Part shown: piece after piece, positions 41,503-55,624 of the stretch
Numbering within the stretch: the stretch's first letter is position 1
Layout: the number at the start of each line of letters is the position of its first letter
Source: Octopus sinensis
Taxonomy: Eukaryota
Reading direction: 5' to 3'
Assembly (NCBI RefSeq): GCF_006345805.1
Contig: NC_043021.1
Coordinates: forward strand, 4,030,001 to 4,094,000
Length of the DNA: 64,000 nucleotides
Notes under the pieces: generated by a model
The model's database searches: none
What the model was told of the DNA's origin: nothing
What the model saw: the letters and a program-made list of their open reading frames with translations, nothing else
Translations under genes and position numbers: made by a program

Positions 41503-41530
<28 letters not shown>
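40380..41530. repeat. Complex tandem satellite of about 130-170 bp built on (TG)n
   Basis: Seven copies of catgtggcatgcacatgtatgg..gtggcaggtagc..gagact separated by variable (TG)n. Confidence 0.9.
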
Positions 41531-41538
<8 letters not shown>

Positions 41539-42085
41539 TATATATAAATATGGGTTTGTGTATTGAATGGAGGATCTTGTTTTTAACCTTCTGTAAAACA
41601 GTACAGGAAAGAAAAAAAGAAAGCAAATCTGGGGGGGGGGGGGAGAAACAGGGTTTTGTATAAGAGAGAAAAGGTGGAGGATGGAGGGAGAAAGAAATAG
41701 AGGTAAGAGAAATAAACAGATAATGACAGACTAGGAAGCAGAAAGTCAGGTATCCCTTTAAGTTTGGGGCTGTGAACAACACACATATGGCAGACATCAA
41801 ATTACATATATGGTTTCCAGTTGAGTGTAACCTATCTAAGGGTGCTATAGATAATACCCTAAAAAAGTGGCGAGTTCGTGAAATTGTGTGTCCAGAGTTT
41901 TTAGAAAAGGTATATCATAATATTTTTGTCTGTCATAAAAGATGATTAAAAGGGTGGTGTCAAGAAGGGCACCTCTATGTAAAGTATAACCTCAACCGTT
42001 TAGCATTTGAGCAGGCCAGATCTGACCTATCACACTTGATCTACAATGTCATTCTAAAAATTAACAATCACATCATTGAGATCTC

Positions 42086-42485
42086 AGAAGTGGCTGTGTG
42101 GTAAGTAGCTTGCTAACCAACCACATGGTTCCGGGTTCAGTCCCACTGCGTGGCACCTTGGGCAAGTGTCTTCTGCTATAGCCCCGGGCCGACCAATGCC
42201 TTGTGAGTGGATTTGGTAGACGGAAACTGAAAGAAGCCCATCGTATATATGTATATATATATGTGTGTGTGCGTGTATGTTTGTGTGTCTGTGTTTGTCC
42301 CCCTAGCATTGCTTGACAACCGATGCTGGTGTGTTTACGTCCCCGTTACTTAGCGGTTCGGCAAAAGGGACCGATAGAATAAGTACTAGGCTTACAAAAG
42401 AATAAGACCTGGGGTCGAGTTGCTCGATTAAAGGCGGTGCTCCAGCATGGCCACAGTCAAATGACTGAAACAAGTAAAAGAGTAT
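42086..42485 (+). mobile_element. Young full-length SINE family A
   Basis: Near-consensus sequence. Confidence 0.9.
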
Positions 42486-43329
42486 GAGACAATGCATGAT
42501 TAATTTTTAACAGAATGAATAAATAAGCAATACATTTGACAGTAATCTGGACACCAAAGGGTTAAAGATGTTCTGTCTAATTTATACCAGCAGGAAAAGT
42601 AAATATAAACCGATGGTAGTAATGATGAGAAATTTAAAGCAGCAGTAGTATTTAATTTTTGTTCTTTTCAAGACTGCATGGGTTGCATGGATTTTTTTCA
42701 GGCAGCGATTTTTCTTATGGCTCAATGACCTCCCTGTCACCAATGCTTTTAGTCCCCTCCTACAACATATTGAGACAATATGTAGCTAGTTCAAAACAGG
42801 GATACACACAATAAGATTAAAACACTAAGGTAAGGAGTTATAATAATGAACTGTGCCATCATTACAAAAACAAAAGTGGCTTTAAACAAACAGATTGTTG
42901 CAAACTCAGTGGCTAGCACACTACAAACTCTGATCCTCAGACAAGCTATCATCTCCTCTACATCTTCCTTTACGATAGTTGCTTCAGCTCCTCTGATGAA
43001 TACCACTTCCACTCAGACCAAATTAATACATCATCTATCAATCTGTCCTCCTTCTCTAACCCACGCCCCCACCACTGCCATTCCCTACACCATTGTTCCC
43101 TACCAAAATATCAACAATGTCTGAAATTCCTTTTGCAGTCAATCCAACAAAGGTCAAATTTAATGTCAACTATATTAATCCAACCAGTTTCAAAGGGACT
43201 CACAAATATAAACACATATATACACATACACACACACACATATATATATATACACACACACACACACATATATATAAATATATGTGTGTATGTGTGTATA
43301 AATATATATTCGCCATGATAGATTGCTAG

Positions 43330-43488
43330 CCACAATATGTTCTTTATTTTCTCTCCTTGTTCCTTTCTGTGGAAGAGTATAGGCTCGAAACATTAAAGAC
43401 TTTTTCACTTCCCAAGCGTTATACTAATACATCTGTTTGTTTTGTACACCACCTGTCTTCGTCTTTTGTTTTTTTGTGAATTCTCCCT
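43330..43488 (+). mobile_element. Penelope-LTR-like short element with hammerhead-like motif
   Basis: cttt-ctgtgga-a-gagt-atag-gctc-gaaac-att-aaag (43363-43398), followed by gtgaattctccc(TA)n. Confidence 0.6.
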
Positions 43489-43498
43489 ATATATATAT

Positions 43499-43546
<48 letters not shown>

Positions 43547-44519
43547 CAATGGGCTTCTTTCAGTTTCTCTCAACCAAATCCACTGACAAGGCTTTGGTCG
43601 ACTCAAAGACATATTATAAGACACTTGCCCAAGGAGCTGCACAGTGGAACTGAACCTGGAACTACATGGTTGGGAAGCAAGTTCCTTACCACACAGCCAT
43701 GCTGTGACTATAACACAAAATAAAATGAAAAAATCTTTAAAAAATCCCTGTCACATTTTTATTGATTGAGAGTCAGATTACATCACCTCAATGTCAATTA
43801 CATCATCAAAACATTTCCTTGTATTCTTTATATATTTAAGATTTATCAAAACATTTAAAAAATTTTTTTCCAATTCTATTCCTGCCATCAGGTGTAAATT
43901 GATCTCTCGATAGACAATAGATTTGAAACTTGATGAAATTCTTTCAATTGAATGTTTTGTCTGGATAAAGCCAGGCTTTATCAATGAAGACACACTGAAG
44001 CAACGGAGCTCTAACAATCAATAAATAGCGCCTGCTTTTATACCTCAAAGTCTCAAGTTAACTTCATTAAATTTAAATATTCCAACCAAGTTAAAAAAAT
44101 CAAAACAAAAACAACACATTAATGGTTGCTTTTAATTGAAGAATTTCATTATCATTAGACAAAGTTGCAACATGCATCTACTTCATGTTTCAATTCATCC
44201 ATTCTTGTAGAATCTACTTTCATGTGGTGCTAATAGGTTTTTCTGAGAGCAAGGGTTACAGTATGAGAACTCCAATAATGGTCTGTACTTTAGAACATCT
44301 CTCTCCCTCTCTCTCTCTTTCTCCACATGCATACAACACCCTCCTCCTACACATCATCATCCTTTAACATCTGTTTATTCATGCTGCCATGGGTTTGACA
44401 GTTTGACCAGAGCCAGTAAGCCTGATTTAACCAATTTCTACTGCTGGATGTCTTCCTAATGTGAACCACTTTACAGTGTTTGTTGAGTGCTTTTAGTCAA
44501 GGCTATGGCATGTTAAATA

Positions 44520-45107
44520 TCGCGTGGCCCCTGTGCTGGTGGCACGTAAAAAGCGCCATACGTTCGTGGCTGTCGCCAGCGCCGCCCCGACTGGCCTCCG
44601 TGCCGGTGGCACGTAAAAGCACCATCCATTCGTGTCCGTTCCCAGCTCTGTCTGGCACCTGTCCGGGTGGCACGTAAAAAGCACCCACTACACTCGTGGA
44701 GTGGTTGGCGTTAGGAAGGGCATCCAGCCATAGAAACACTGCCAGATCAGACTGGGCCTGATGCAGCCTTCTGGCTTCACAGACCCCAGTTAAACCGTCC
44801 AACCCATGCTAGCATGGAAAACGGACGCTAAATGATGATGATGATGATGATATATGGCACGTAAAAAACACCATCCGAGTGTGGCCGTTCGCCAGCCTCG
44901 TCTGGCACCTGTGTCGGTGGCACATAAAAAGCACCCACTACACTCACGGAGTGGTTGGCGTTAGGAAGGGCATCCAGCTGTAGAAACACCGCCATATCTG
45001 ACTGGCCTGGTGCAGCCTTCGGGCTCCCCAGACCCCAGTTGAACCGTCCAACCCATGCTAGCATGGAAAGCGGACGTTAAACGATGATGATGATGATGAT
45101 GATGATA
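44520..45107 (+). mobile_element. Two tandem family D elements
   Basis: First ends in (GAT)n at about 44852, second starts immediately and ends in (GAT)n at about 45107. Confidence 0.85.
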
Positions 45108-45110
45108 TAC

Positions 45111-45268
45111 GTGTATATTTAGGGCTAAAAACCACTATGTGGACAGCCATATGCTAGAAGATCACATACGATCTAACTACAAAGGAAAAATGTTCTCCAG
45201 ATAGTATGTGATCTTCTTCTAGCATATGGCTGTCCACATAGTGTTTTTTTTTAGCCCTAAATATACAC
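45111..45268. repeat. Near-perfect fold-back with about 60-bp arms
   Basis: gtgtatatttagggct..cactatgtggacagccatatgctagaagatcacatac and its reverse complement at 45204-45268. Confidence 0.9.
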
Positions 45269-45392
45269 ATGTATTGAAGTTTTCTCTGATTTTTCAGATG
45301 TTTTATATGCTAGGCTACTGGTTTTAAATTGATATTAATTAAATTAATATTCAATTTATCTCACTCATTATTTAAATGTATATATATATATA

Positions 45393-45560
45393 TGTACCGT
45401 TGGCGATTTTTCCCCTCTGTGGATCTTTCCTTCTCCTATGTTTCCGACAAAGAGCTCCGCTCGAAACGTTAAACCCTCCTTCTTTCCTGAGCGTCCAATA
45501 ATACTATATTTGTTACACGTTCTCGCGTTGTGTTTTTTTGTGCTTTCATGTTTGGATTAA

Positions 45561-45562
<2 letters not shown>
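45393..45562 (+). mobile_element. Penelope-LTR-like short element with hammerhead-like motif
   Basis: gttt-ccgacaa-a-gagc-tcc-gctc-gaaac-gtt-aaac (45440-45474); (TA)n both sides. Confidence 0.6.
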
Positions 45563-45600
<38 letters not shown>

Positions 45601-45812
45601 ATTAATTTAAAATGTAGAGCAATCTTCAGCTGCATAAAAATATAGGTATTGGTTGACCTGGGGCAATAGTAGACACTTGTCCAAGGTGCCATGCAGTGGG
45701 ACTGAACCTGAAACCACATGGTTGCAGAGTGAGCTTCTTAACCACACAGCCATGCCTGTGCTTATGTATTCATTTTAATTTACCTTCTTTCTGTTTTTTT
45801 AGTGAAAGCTTG

Positions 45813-45850
<38 letters not shown>

Positions 45851-47094
45851 GCATGTTGGGGGTGATACCGAAGAATAAACTACTGGTATGCTATCTGAAA
45901 ATATTGATTATTATCAAATAGTCTTAAAGTTTATTGAGAGAGAAGACTGAAGAATAAAAATAAATGAATTATGAAAAAAATATCTAAAAAAAATTTTAAA
46001 AAAGTAAAAATAAATAAAAGTAAAAAATAAAATAGAAAAAAATAAATATAAAAAATTAAAAAAACCAAAGATAAAAACCCCAAAAAAGGGGAAGAATAAA
46101 ACTAAAACTATCATCCACACATCTCATAAAACAGAACATGGATCATATTACAACTGCACTGTAGAAAGCATCCGGAAAATGCTTTAATGTGCCGCTACCA
46201 CCACCACCACCACCACCACCACTACTACTACACAGCTTTTATCTCCCTCCACCACCATCTCTCCCACCTTCATTCTCTTACACACACACAAGATATATAT
46301 ATATATATATATATGTGTGTATATATGTATATATATATACATACATACAGTGTCCCTTTTCTTTTTTTTCGGTGATGGTTGATAATAAAAATGATTTTTA
46401 GTTATCTTCTCTGTTTAATGTCATTATCTTCCCCACCACGACCACCACGACCACCACCACAAAATATAGCCCCCCCCCCCCCCCGCAGGCCGACAACTTC
46501 CTCAACGTTTGTCACCCTTTACCAGATATTTAAAACAAGCAAACAAACACCACCACCATCAACAACGACAACAACCATCCTTTCTACTATAGACGCAAAG
46601 ACCTGAAATTTTCGGGAGAATGGGATAATCGATTACGTTGACCCCAGTACTTTGCTGGCGCTTATTTTATCGACCCCTGTTGATAAAAAAGTTGACCTTG
46701 GCAGAATTTGAACTCAGAACGTGTGTGTGTGTGTGTTTCTAACTTGGTATTGCGCAATAGTTGTAGATAAGCATCGCTATGAAGCCAGTGATGATGTTCA
46801 TTTGCAGGTTTCCACAAAAACATGTCTGGCCATGGGGAGATATTACTTTTGCTTGGAAATAGAGGAGGTTTTGTGACAGAAAGGGTATCAAACCATAAAA
46901 AAAAACCAAAAAAAAAAAAAACAAAGAAATCCCCCACCAGTTTACTTCAATGAATTCCATCAGATGTACAAGGACAGAGGTCATAAGAACAATCTTATTG
47001 GATAGTCTTTTGTTCTTTTACTTCTTCCAGTCCTTAGACTGTGGCCAGAATTTTAACCAGAATGAATTGACCTCATTACATTTAAAAAAAAAAA

Positions 47095-47387
47095 CTTGTA
47101 ACTTATTTTATCGGTCTCTTTTGCTGAACAGCTAGGTTATGGGGACACAAACACACCAAAACTGGTTGTCAAGCAGTTGTGGAGGACAAACACACACACG
47201 CATACACACAAACACATTTATATATAACAGGCTTCTTTCAGTTTCCATCTACCAAATCCACTCACAGGGCTTTGGTCAGCCCGAGGCTATAGTAGAAGAC
47301 ACTTACGCAAGGTGCCATGCAGTGGGACTGAACACAGAACCATGTAGTTGGGAAGCAAGCTCCTTACCACACAGCCACTCCTACACC
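47095..47387 (-). mobile_element. SINE family A copy with heavy CpG decay
   Basis: gccgaa to gctgaa, ttccgtc to ttccatc, ggtcggcc to ggtcagcc, ccacgcag to ccatgcag relative to 1877-2285. Confidence 0.85.
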
Positions 47388-47402
47388 TATATATATATAT
47401 AT

Positions 47403-47434
<32 letters not shown>

Positions 47435-49627
47435 TATATAAATTAGAGACAAAACCACTATTAGGCAAATCAAACAATGAAAGACTTAAGCCAATACATA
47501 TGATTAATTTATATTATTTAAATATGTAACAATTATTAAAAAATATAATTAATATCCACTACGATCGTTTCCTGCCTGCTGTCTTTAAATTTTTGAGTTG
47601 CAGTCATTCATCAGGTGGTTTCAAAATTTTTCTTGGCGAGTTTTATATATATATATATATATATGCATACTGTGGTTTGGGGTTCTATTTCACTGCTTGG
47701 GTTGGGCTGACCAATAGGAAATTTAGTTGACTGAAACTCTGTGTGTGTATCGATGTGTGTGTGTGTGTATTTATATGTGTCCTTCTACTGACACTGTTTG
47801 AGCAAAAACATCAACCAAGATTGTTTTGCTTTCTGGATGCACCAAAGAATAGTGACCAAAAAATTTCTTTTATGTGGGCTGCTGATATATTGCTTTCAAA
47901 TTTTGGCTCAAGGCCAGCAATTTCAGGGGCCAACAATTTCAATGTAAGTCAATTCCATTGACCCCAGTGCTCAAATGGTACTTATTTTATCGAACCTGAA
48001 AGGATGAAAGACAAAACTGACCATAATGGAATTTCAGCTTGGAACACAAAGACAGATGAAATGTTGCAAAGCATTTTTGCCTAGGGTGCCAACGATTCTA
48101 CCGGCTTGCTGCCTAAGAGGCTGAAAATATTCTAGGAGCTAAGACATGTCAGGTTTTCATCACAGAATGGGGGCAAGTTTTATCACTACCAACATCAGTG
48201 AATGGACTGGAAAACTCAAATTCTCCTAAAATGTCACGGTGTCACATGTTGAATCATCTGGAGGTCTGACATCCTGTAGACCTCCTGTGTTGGTGACAAC
48301 ATTGAAACGAGTTAACAGTATGGTTCTGTGAAAACAGACAAGCGATTACTGATTAAATGGGAAATAATATGCAAATTAATCATGGTTCTGTTGATAAAAT
48401 CATTCATGCAGGAGTTGGCTTTAATCAAATTTATTCAAAGATGGAACTCAACAAAACACACAGAACAGCATAAAGAAAATTATTATTTTGACTACTGGCT
48501 CACAAATCCATGCCGGCATGGAGAACGGTCATTAAAAGATGATGTTTCAGTCATTGTACTGTGGTCATGCTGGGGCATTTGCCATGAAGGGTTAAGTAGA
48601 ACAAACTGGCTCCATTACTTATTTTGAAGTCTGGGACTTATTCTATTAACAAAACTGCTAAGTTACAGGGATGTAAACTAACCAACACCATTTAAGAGGT
48701 AGTGGTGGTGGTGGTGGACAAACACAGAGACACACATATGCCTACACACATACATATAGACACATATATATACACACATACAGACACATACACCCACACA
48801 CAAATACACAATATATATACACATACATACACAATATATATACACACACACACACTAATACATATATATATACACACATGGCAGGCTTTTTTTAGTTTCA
48901 GTCTACCAAATCGACTCACAAGACTGTGGTTGACCTCAGCCTATAGAAGACACTTGTCCAAGGTGCTGCGAAGTTAGACAAACCCCAAAAGCCATGTGGT
49001 TTAATAAGCCAACTTCTTACCACAGCCAATCCTAAAAAGCAAGCAATACTATCATTATTGGTTATAAATCATGAAGGCATGTGGTGTAGTGGTTACAGTA
49101 TTCAACCATGAGTTCAATTCCCCGTGAAGTGTTGTGTCCTTGAGCAAGACACTTCATTTCACATTGCTCCACTCCACTCAGCTGGCAACAATGAGTTGTA
49201 CCTGTACTCGAAAGGGCCAACCATGACACAGTGTGTCATGCTGAATCTCTATGAGAACTACATTAAGGGCACATGGGTCTGTGGAGTGCTCAGTCACATA
49301 CACATTAATTTCACGAGCAGGCTGTGTTCTGTTGGTTATAAACCATGGATACATTACAAACCAGAGAGTAAATGCTAGAACATGGAGCGAGAGCATCCAC
49401 AAGTGTCCATCATGGGAAAGTTAATTCAACAAGTAGCAGGGAAAGTGGTGCTGAGAAGGTTTTAGCTGAAGAAATTGACCCCAGGACTAATTCTTTGTAA
49501 GCTTAGTATTTTTTCTATCAGTATCTTTTGCCGAACCACTAAGTTACAGAGATGTAAGCATGCCAACATCGGTTGTCAAGTAATGGTGGAGGAACAAACA
49601 GACACAAAGACATACACACACAAATAA

Positions 49628-49666
<39 letters not shown>

Positions 49667-50609
49667 ATGGGCATCTTTCAGTTTCTGTCTACCAAATCCT
49701 CTCACAAAGCTTTGGTCAGCTCAAGGCTATAGTAGAAGACACTTGCCCAAGGTGTCATGCAGTTGGACCGAACCTGGAACCATGTGGTTGGGAAGCAAGC
49801 TTCTTACCACACAGCTACAAAAAAAAAAATTGATATGTTTGTACTTTTAAGATCTTTATACATCATTATCATTTAATGCCTGTTTTCCATGCAGGCTCCA
49901 ACTGTTTCTATGGTTGGGTGCCCTTCCTAATGCCAACCAATTTTACAAAGTGTACTGGGCACTTTTCATGTGGTACTGGCATGGGTGCTTTTACATGGCA
50001 CCAGAACCAGTGCTTTTTACGTGGCACCAGCACGAGTACTTGGTATGCCTCCCTGACACCAGTACTGCTCATGTACTGCCTTTTGTATGGCACTGGCGCA
50101 AGAGTATGTACTTTTTATGTGGCACCAGCATGCACACTTTCCACATGGCACTGGCATGAGTGAATTTTATATGGCACCAGCATTTGTGGTTGCAATAATT
50201 TTTTTTTTTAAAGAGCAATACCTGAAAAAAAAAGGAAAAGAAACAAAAAAGGAAATGGATAACTGAATGTGAAATTTCTTGGGGGTAGGGTTGGCAAACA
50301 GAAACTGGAACAGCCATGGTTGATGTGATAACAGCAACTTAATTGACATTTCAAGCACACACCTGCATCACAGTGACCAAGAGGTAACAATGCCCAGTGA
50401 CGCATGCACAAATACTTTTCCCCACCAATGGAGAGAATAATATATGTACATTGCAAATAATTAATGACTTTTGCGAGCGAGTGTATATCGGCACTCCATC
50501 AGTTACAACAACGAGGAGGGTTAAGGTCGCCAGGAATCAAACTCATGACCTTGCAGTCGTGAGCCAAATACCCTAACCACTAAGCCATATGCCTTCACTC
50601 GAGTGTGTG

Positions 50610-50635
50610 TGTGTATATATATATATATAATATAT

Positions 50636-50677
<42 letters not shown>

Positions 50678-50943
50678 TATAATATATATATATATATATA
50701 TAATATATATATATATATACATATACACACATATATATATATATACATATATATATATACATATACATATATATATATATATATAACATATATATATATA
50801 CAATATATATATATATACACATATATATATTATATATACACATATATATATATATATATAACACATATATATATATATATTACACATATATATATACACA
50901 CACACACAATATATATATATATACACACACACACAATATATAT

Positions 50944-50977
<34 letters not shown>

Positions 50978-50978
50978 G
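50610..50978. repeat. Long (TA/CA)n microsatellite
   Basis: Direct reading. Confidence 0.95.
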
Positions 50979-50984
50979 GGTGAC

Positions 50985-51435
50985 ATGCAATGCTTGAGGA
51001 GACCTATTGAGTCAAGTACATCAGCATCAAAATCAGATCAAATCACCATCAAATAGAAATTGTATTTGTGGTCCCTGTGCCGGTGACATGTAAAAAGCAC
51101 CATTCGAACATGGTCGATGCCAGCCCTCTCACCCCGACTAGCTTTCGTGCTGGTGGCACGTAAAAAGCACCATCCGAATGTGGCTGATGCCAGTGCTGCC
51201 TTGACTGGCTCCCGTTCTGGTGGCATGTAAAAAGCATCATCCAGTTGTGGCCGATGCCACCTCGCTCTGGCCTCTGTGCCAGTGGCACGTAAAATGCACC
51301 CACTACACTCTTGGAGTGGTTGGCATTAGTAAGGGTATCCATTTGTAGAAACACTGCCAGATCAAGCTGGAGCCTGGTGCAGCCTCCTGGCTTCCCAGAC
51401 CCCAGTTGAACCATCCAACCCCCGCCAGCATTTGG
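50985..51435 (+). mobile_element. Family D element with four internal units
   Basis: Same 5' leader (cttgaggagacct.ttgagtcaagtac) as 33065; four ggtggcacgtaaaaagcacc-type units. Confidence 0.8.
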
Positions 51436-51676
51436 ATTACTCATATGATGTCAAGACAAATACACGATCATAGTGGTTAATAAAGTATCTTGTGAATTCC
51501 GTTTTCTTTCGTTTTCTCTCATATCTTATAAACTCTACAGACACGAAGAAATTCCTGAAGTAAATCCAGTGGATATGCTTTATGACATCAGATAGCCAAA
51601 TACATTGAGTGAGCTTTACACAGCATACTGCAAGGTGTATACCCAAATTTAAAATTATTACTTAAATATAAATTTG

Positions 51677-51710
<34 letters not shown>

Positions 51711-53049
51711 TCATCATCATCATCATTTAGTGCCCACTTTCCATCATAGCCTCTTTTTAACCATGTACCAATGCACTCAGAAATACTCTGTTCAAACAAA
51801 CATCTACGTCAATAACATAAAATTAAATCTAATGCATCTCTAAAATGTTAAGGAACATTTTTAGGGATCAATAAATTCTGTAGGCCCTTAGGCAAAAAAC
51901 CTGATGTGTTTCATAATACCTCCTTGCCTATTGTACTTTTATTCTATCAGGTTTATATAAATATTTGAAAGTTCTAAATCAAACATTTCTATTTATGCTA
52001 TCATGTGTGAACAGGGACCAATATAAAATAAGAATTACTGGAAAAAATATTTACAGTTAAAAACAACAGTTTTTACCTAACATCACATGATAAAGCATAA
52101 ATATCTAAAGCTTACACTGTTGCTGAAATTTAATTCTGATCACACAATATCAACAAGATGCTTACAAATGCAGTTTTATGGAACATTTAAATTGATTTTT
52201 AAATTCTTGTCTTCAAGAGCAAAAAAAAAATAAAAAGATAAATTTTAAAACAAAAAGAAAACAAGTAAAAAAAAAACCCCAACCTACATATTGAATTCTG
52301 GAAAAGGTCATAAATTCTAAAATCTTTGCAGCAGAAAACTATTTCAATAAATTTTTGTTTTATTTTATATCTGCTATTCTACATTCAGTTTTTTTTTTTT
52401 TTTATCCCCACCAAGTTAGTCTGAATGGCAGAAATTTTCTGTTGGAGCAATTGTTTCTAAATCTAGATCTTTGCTCATTCCTGCTGTTAACCATTCACCT
52501 ATGAAGCAGAAATAGAACCTGCTGTCAGCCAGGTAAAGTGAAACAAAAATGATATTGATGCTTTTGCCCAGGGCAAAAACCTTGTGGTTCTGGTGCTTGA
52601 GTCCACTGCACAGCACCTTGGTCAAGCATCTTATGATGACACAGGCTGGAATCAGCAGACCCAAGCCTTGTGAATGAAAATGAGTTGATAGAAACTGTGC
52701 TGAAGCCTACCAAAATAACTCTACCTGTTCTTAGGTGAAGGAATTAATCTTTATCCTGATTTAACACTTCTATTCAACCCCTGGGTATCCACTCTTGCAG
52801 TAAACTGGATAAAAAATAGAACTTTTTTTATACAGTCCTTTAGAATATTTACTCTGCACCATGTTGCTAGCACTCCCTTGTCATCCTAGCCATCAGAAAT
52901 CTGACAGGTCTTTGGATCAAGCTTGAATCATGAGTTGTGATTACTTGCCCCTTTAACTCACATCAAACTTGGAGATTAAAGGAGGGGGCTGCCCTTCCTG
53001 CTTTGGAGTAAACTACAGAAAAAGTAAGGTTTGAACTCCTGACTAGACT

Positions 53050-54579
53050 GTACCTTAACTCTCACATCTATTGAATAATAACCACACAACCAATGTTGAA
53101 TCAAAGAAGAAATGGTAGGAACAAACAGCAAAACCTATGGGAAGAACCGTTCCCATTTTCCGCCTCTTATCCTATACATCATTTTGCCTATTCTTTTTGT
53201 AACTATTCTGTATTTCCAACCGTGTCTTCCATTTTTATATATTTTGAAAAACACCTTGTCACTGATATTAAAAAAACATTTTTTCGTATTTTCAGTGTTT
53301 TCCCATTTTGTTTTTCTTACTCGTAGCAGCTTGTCTAAAATTGATTTTATTTTTCGAGCAAATATTAATTCCGCAGGCGTAAAAGTGTTTGGGTTCGGTG
53401 TTATCCTATAAATCCTCAAGAATTGCATCAATGCTGCGTCATCGACCAGCATGTTTCTTGATTTCTTTAATGCTCTTTTAAATGTATCCATGAGCCTTTC
53501 CGCTTGCCCATAAGATCTTGGGTGATACAGAATAGTAATATGTTCAATTGAGTACATCTTGCAAAAATTCTTAAATTCATTCGCCATGAATTCATCATCA
53601 TCATTATCGTTTAACGCCCGTTTTCCATGCTAGCATGGGCTGGACGGTTCAACTGGGGTCTGTGAAGCCAGAAGGCTGCGCCAGGCCCAGTCAGATCTGG
53701 CAGTGTTTCTACAGCTGGATGCCCTTCCTAACGCCAACCGCTCCATGAGTGTAGTGGGTGCTTTTTATGTGCCACCTGCACAGGTGCCAGACGAGGCTGG
53801 CAAATGGCCACGATCGGATGGTGCTTTTTATGTGCCACCGGCACGGGGGCCAGACAAGGCTGGCAACGGCTTGTGTACCATTATCGGAGACTATGGTTTC
53901 CGGGACACAACACCTAACAAAAAGTTTGTGTAGAAATATGACTGTTACTGTGGATGTAGGTTTGCTACATTTACACATTTCTGGCCATTTCTGGCATTAG
54001 GAAGGGCATCCAGCTGTACAAACACTGCCAGATCTGACTGGGCCTGGTGCAGCCTTCTGGCTTCTCAGACCCCAGTTGAACCGTCCAACCCATGCTAGCA
54101 TGGAAAGCGGACGTTAAACGATGATGATGATGATGATGATCTATCACTATTAGATAATATGATCGGTTTAATGGTCCTACAAAGTCTATGTGTATTCTAG
54201 ACCATGGAATATTGGTTTTGGGCCAAGGCTGAAATTTTATAGGTGGTGACTTTGCTGCAAGAGCAGGATTTTACCAACTTCTCGATATCTAGATCCATTT
54301 TTGACCAGTAAATATAACTTCTCATAAGTGACTTCATTCTAGAAATTCCTGGATGACCTGTGTGGAATTCCTTTAGCATTCGACTTTGTAGTAAGGTAGG
54401 CATTATAACCCCCTATGCATACATAAGCACTTTATCACATATCGAATACAAATTCAAAACCGTGTCACGTCCAGCCACATGTATTTTTTTCATTTGTTTC
54501 TTCTGATCTCATTAGGTAGCAGAGGTTTAGTCAATGTATTCACATGATGTACTTCATGAGACTACCAAAACACTTTCTC
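53050..54579 (-). mobile_element. Gypsy LTR-retrotransposon integrase remnant split by two family D insertions
   Basis: FHTGHPGISRMKSLMRSYIYW (HHCC region); WSRIHIDFVGP; KWPE..PETIVSDNGTQ; HPRSYGQAERLMDTFKRAL; D elements at 53584-53870 and 53990-54140. Confidence 0.9.
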
Positions 54580-54590
54580 CGACTACTACC

Positions 54591-54998
54591 TATTTCTTTA
54601 TTACCCACAAGGGGCTAAACACAGAGGGGACAAACATGGACAGACAAACGAATTAAGTCGATTACATCGACTCCAGTGCGTAATTGGTACTTAATTTATC
54701 GACCCCGAAAGGATGAAAGGCAAAGTCGACCTCGGCGGAATTTGAACTCAGAACGTAACGGCAAACGAAATACCTATTTCTTTACTACCCACAAGGGGCT
54801 AAACACAGAGGGGACAAACAAGGACAGACAAACGGATTAAGTTGATTACATCGACTCCAGTGCGTAACTGGTACTTAATTTATCGACCCCGAAAGGATGA
54901 AAGGCAAAGTCGACCTTGGCGGAATTTGAACTCAGAACGTAGTGGCAGACGAAATACCGCTAGGCATTTCACCCGGCGTGCTAATGGTTCTGCCAGCT
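54591..54998 (-). mobile_element. SINE family B, head plus two bodies
   Basis: Flanked by cgactactacc at 54580-54590 and 54999-55009 (ggtagtagtcg on the element strand). Confidence 0.9.
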
Positions 54999-55624
54999 CG
55001 ACTACTACCGACCACTACTCTTTATAAGAGTTCGGCTAGTCCATTCTTCCAATCCACTAGGGGTGTCAATGACTCTTGCCACAACAGTTTCATTTGTAGA
55101 AAAACAGTTGTTTTGAATTGGATGCAGAAAGTGGAGGTCAGTAGGGGAGGGGGGAACTAGGAATGTAGCCTGGGTGCCAAGGGGGTAGCAACCCAAAAAC
55201 TTTGGGAACCACTGCAATAAACAAACATGGTGGAGTAACAGAAATGGTAGAGCACTGTAATAAACTATTATATGATTTTGGTCTTCTTCATTTCAAATTC
55301 AAATTCCAATGGAGTTGACTTAATCAGTTGTCTTCCCCAAATAAGTACCAGTTATGTATTGAAGAGACAAGTGAAGCATGAAATTATAAAGGGCAAGTAC
55401 AATGGGCTTAGAGGCATTCACGTCTATTTACAGTTAATTGCTTTGGATTTGAGAGAAAATGGTGGCTAATTGAAAACATCGAGAGAGCATAGCCTGTTTA
55501 ACATGTAAGGGAAGACTCTAACCAAGTCAATACAAGATTGCATAGCATGTCCAAAAGTCATCAAATACAACAGTCTTATATGTATTTACAGCATACAAAA
55601 AAAAAAATACCTCACTTTATTTAG

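Noticed and set aside
44520-44700. CRISPR-like repeat-spacer look of family D units
   Set aside because: Linkers are homologous to each other, arrays sit inside a dispersed retro-element, the DNA is eukaryotic and no cas genes are present
52416-52498. Minus-strand terminal exon GEWLTAGMSKDLDLETIAPTENFCHSD*
   Set aside because: Plausible acceptor but no phase-compatible upstream minus exons found; conflicts with the plus-strand chain; no recognisable homology
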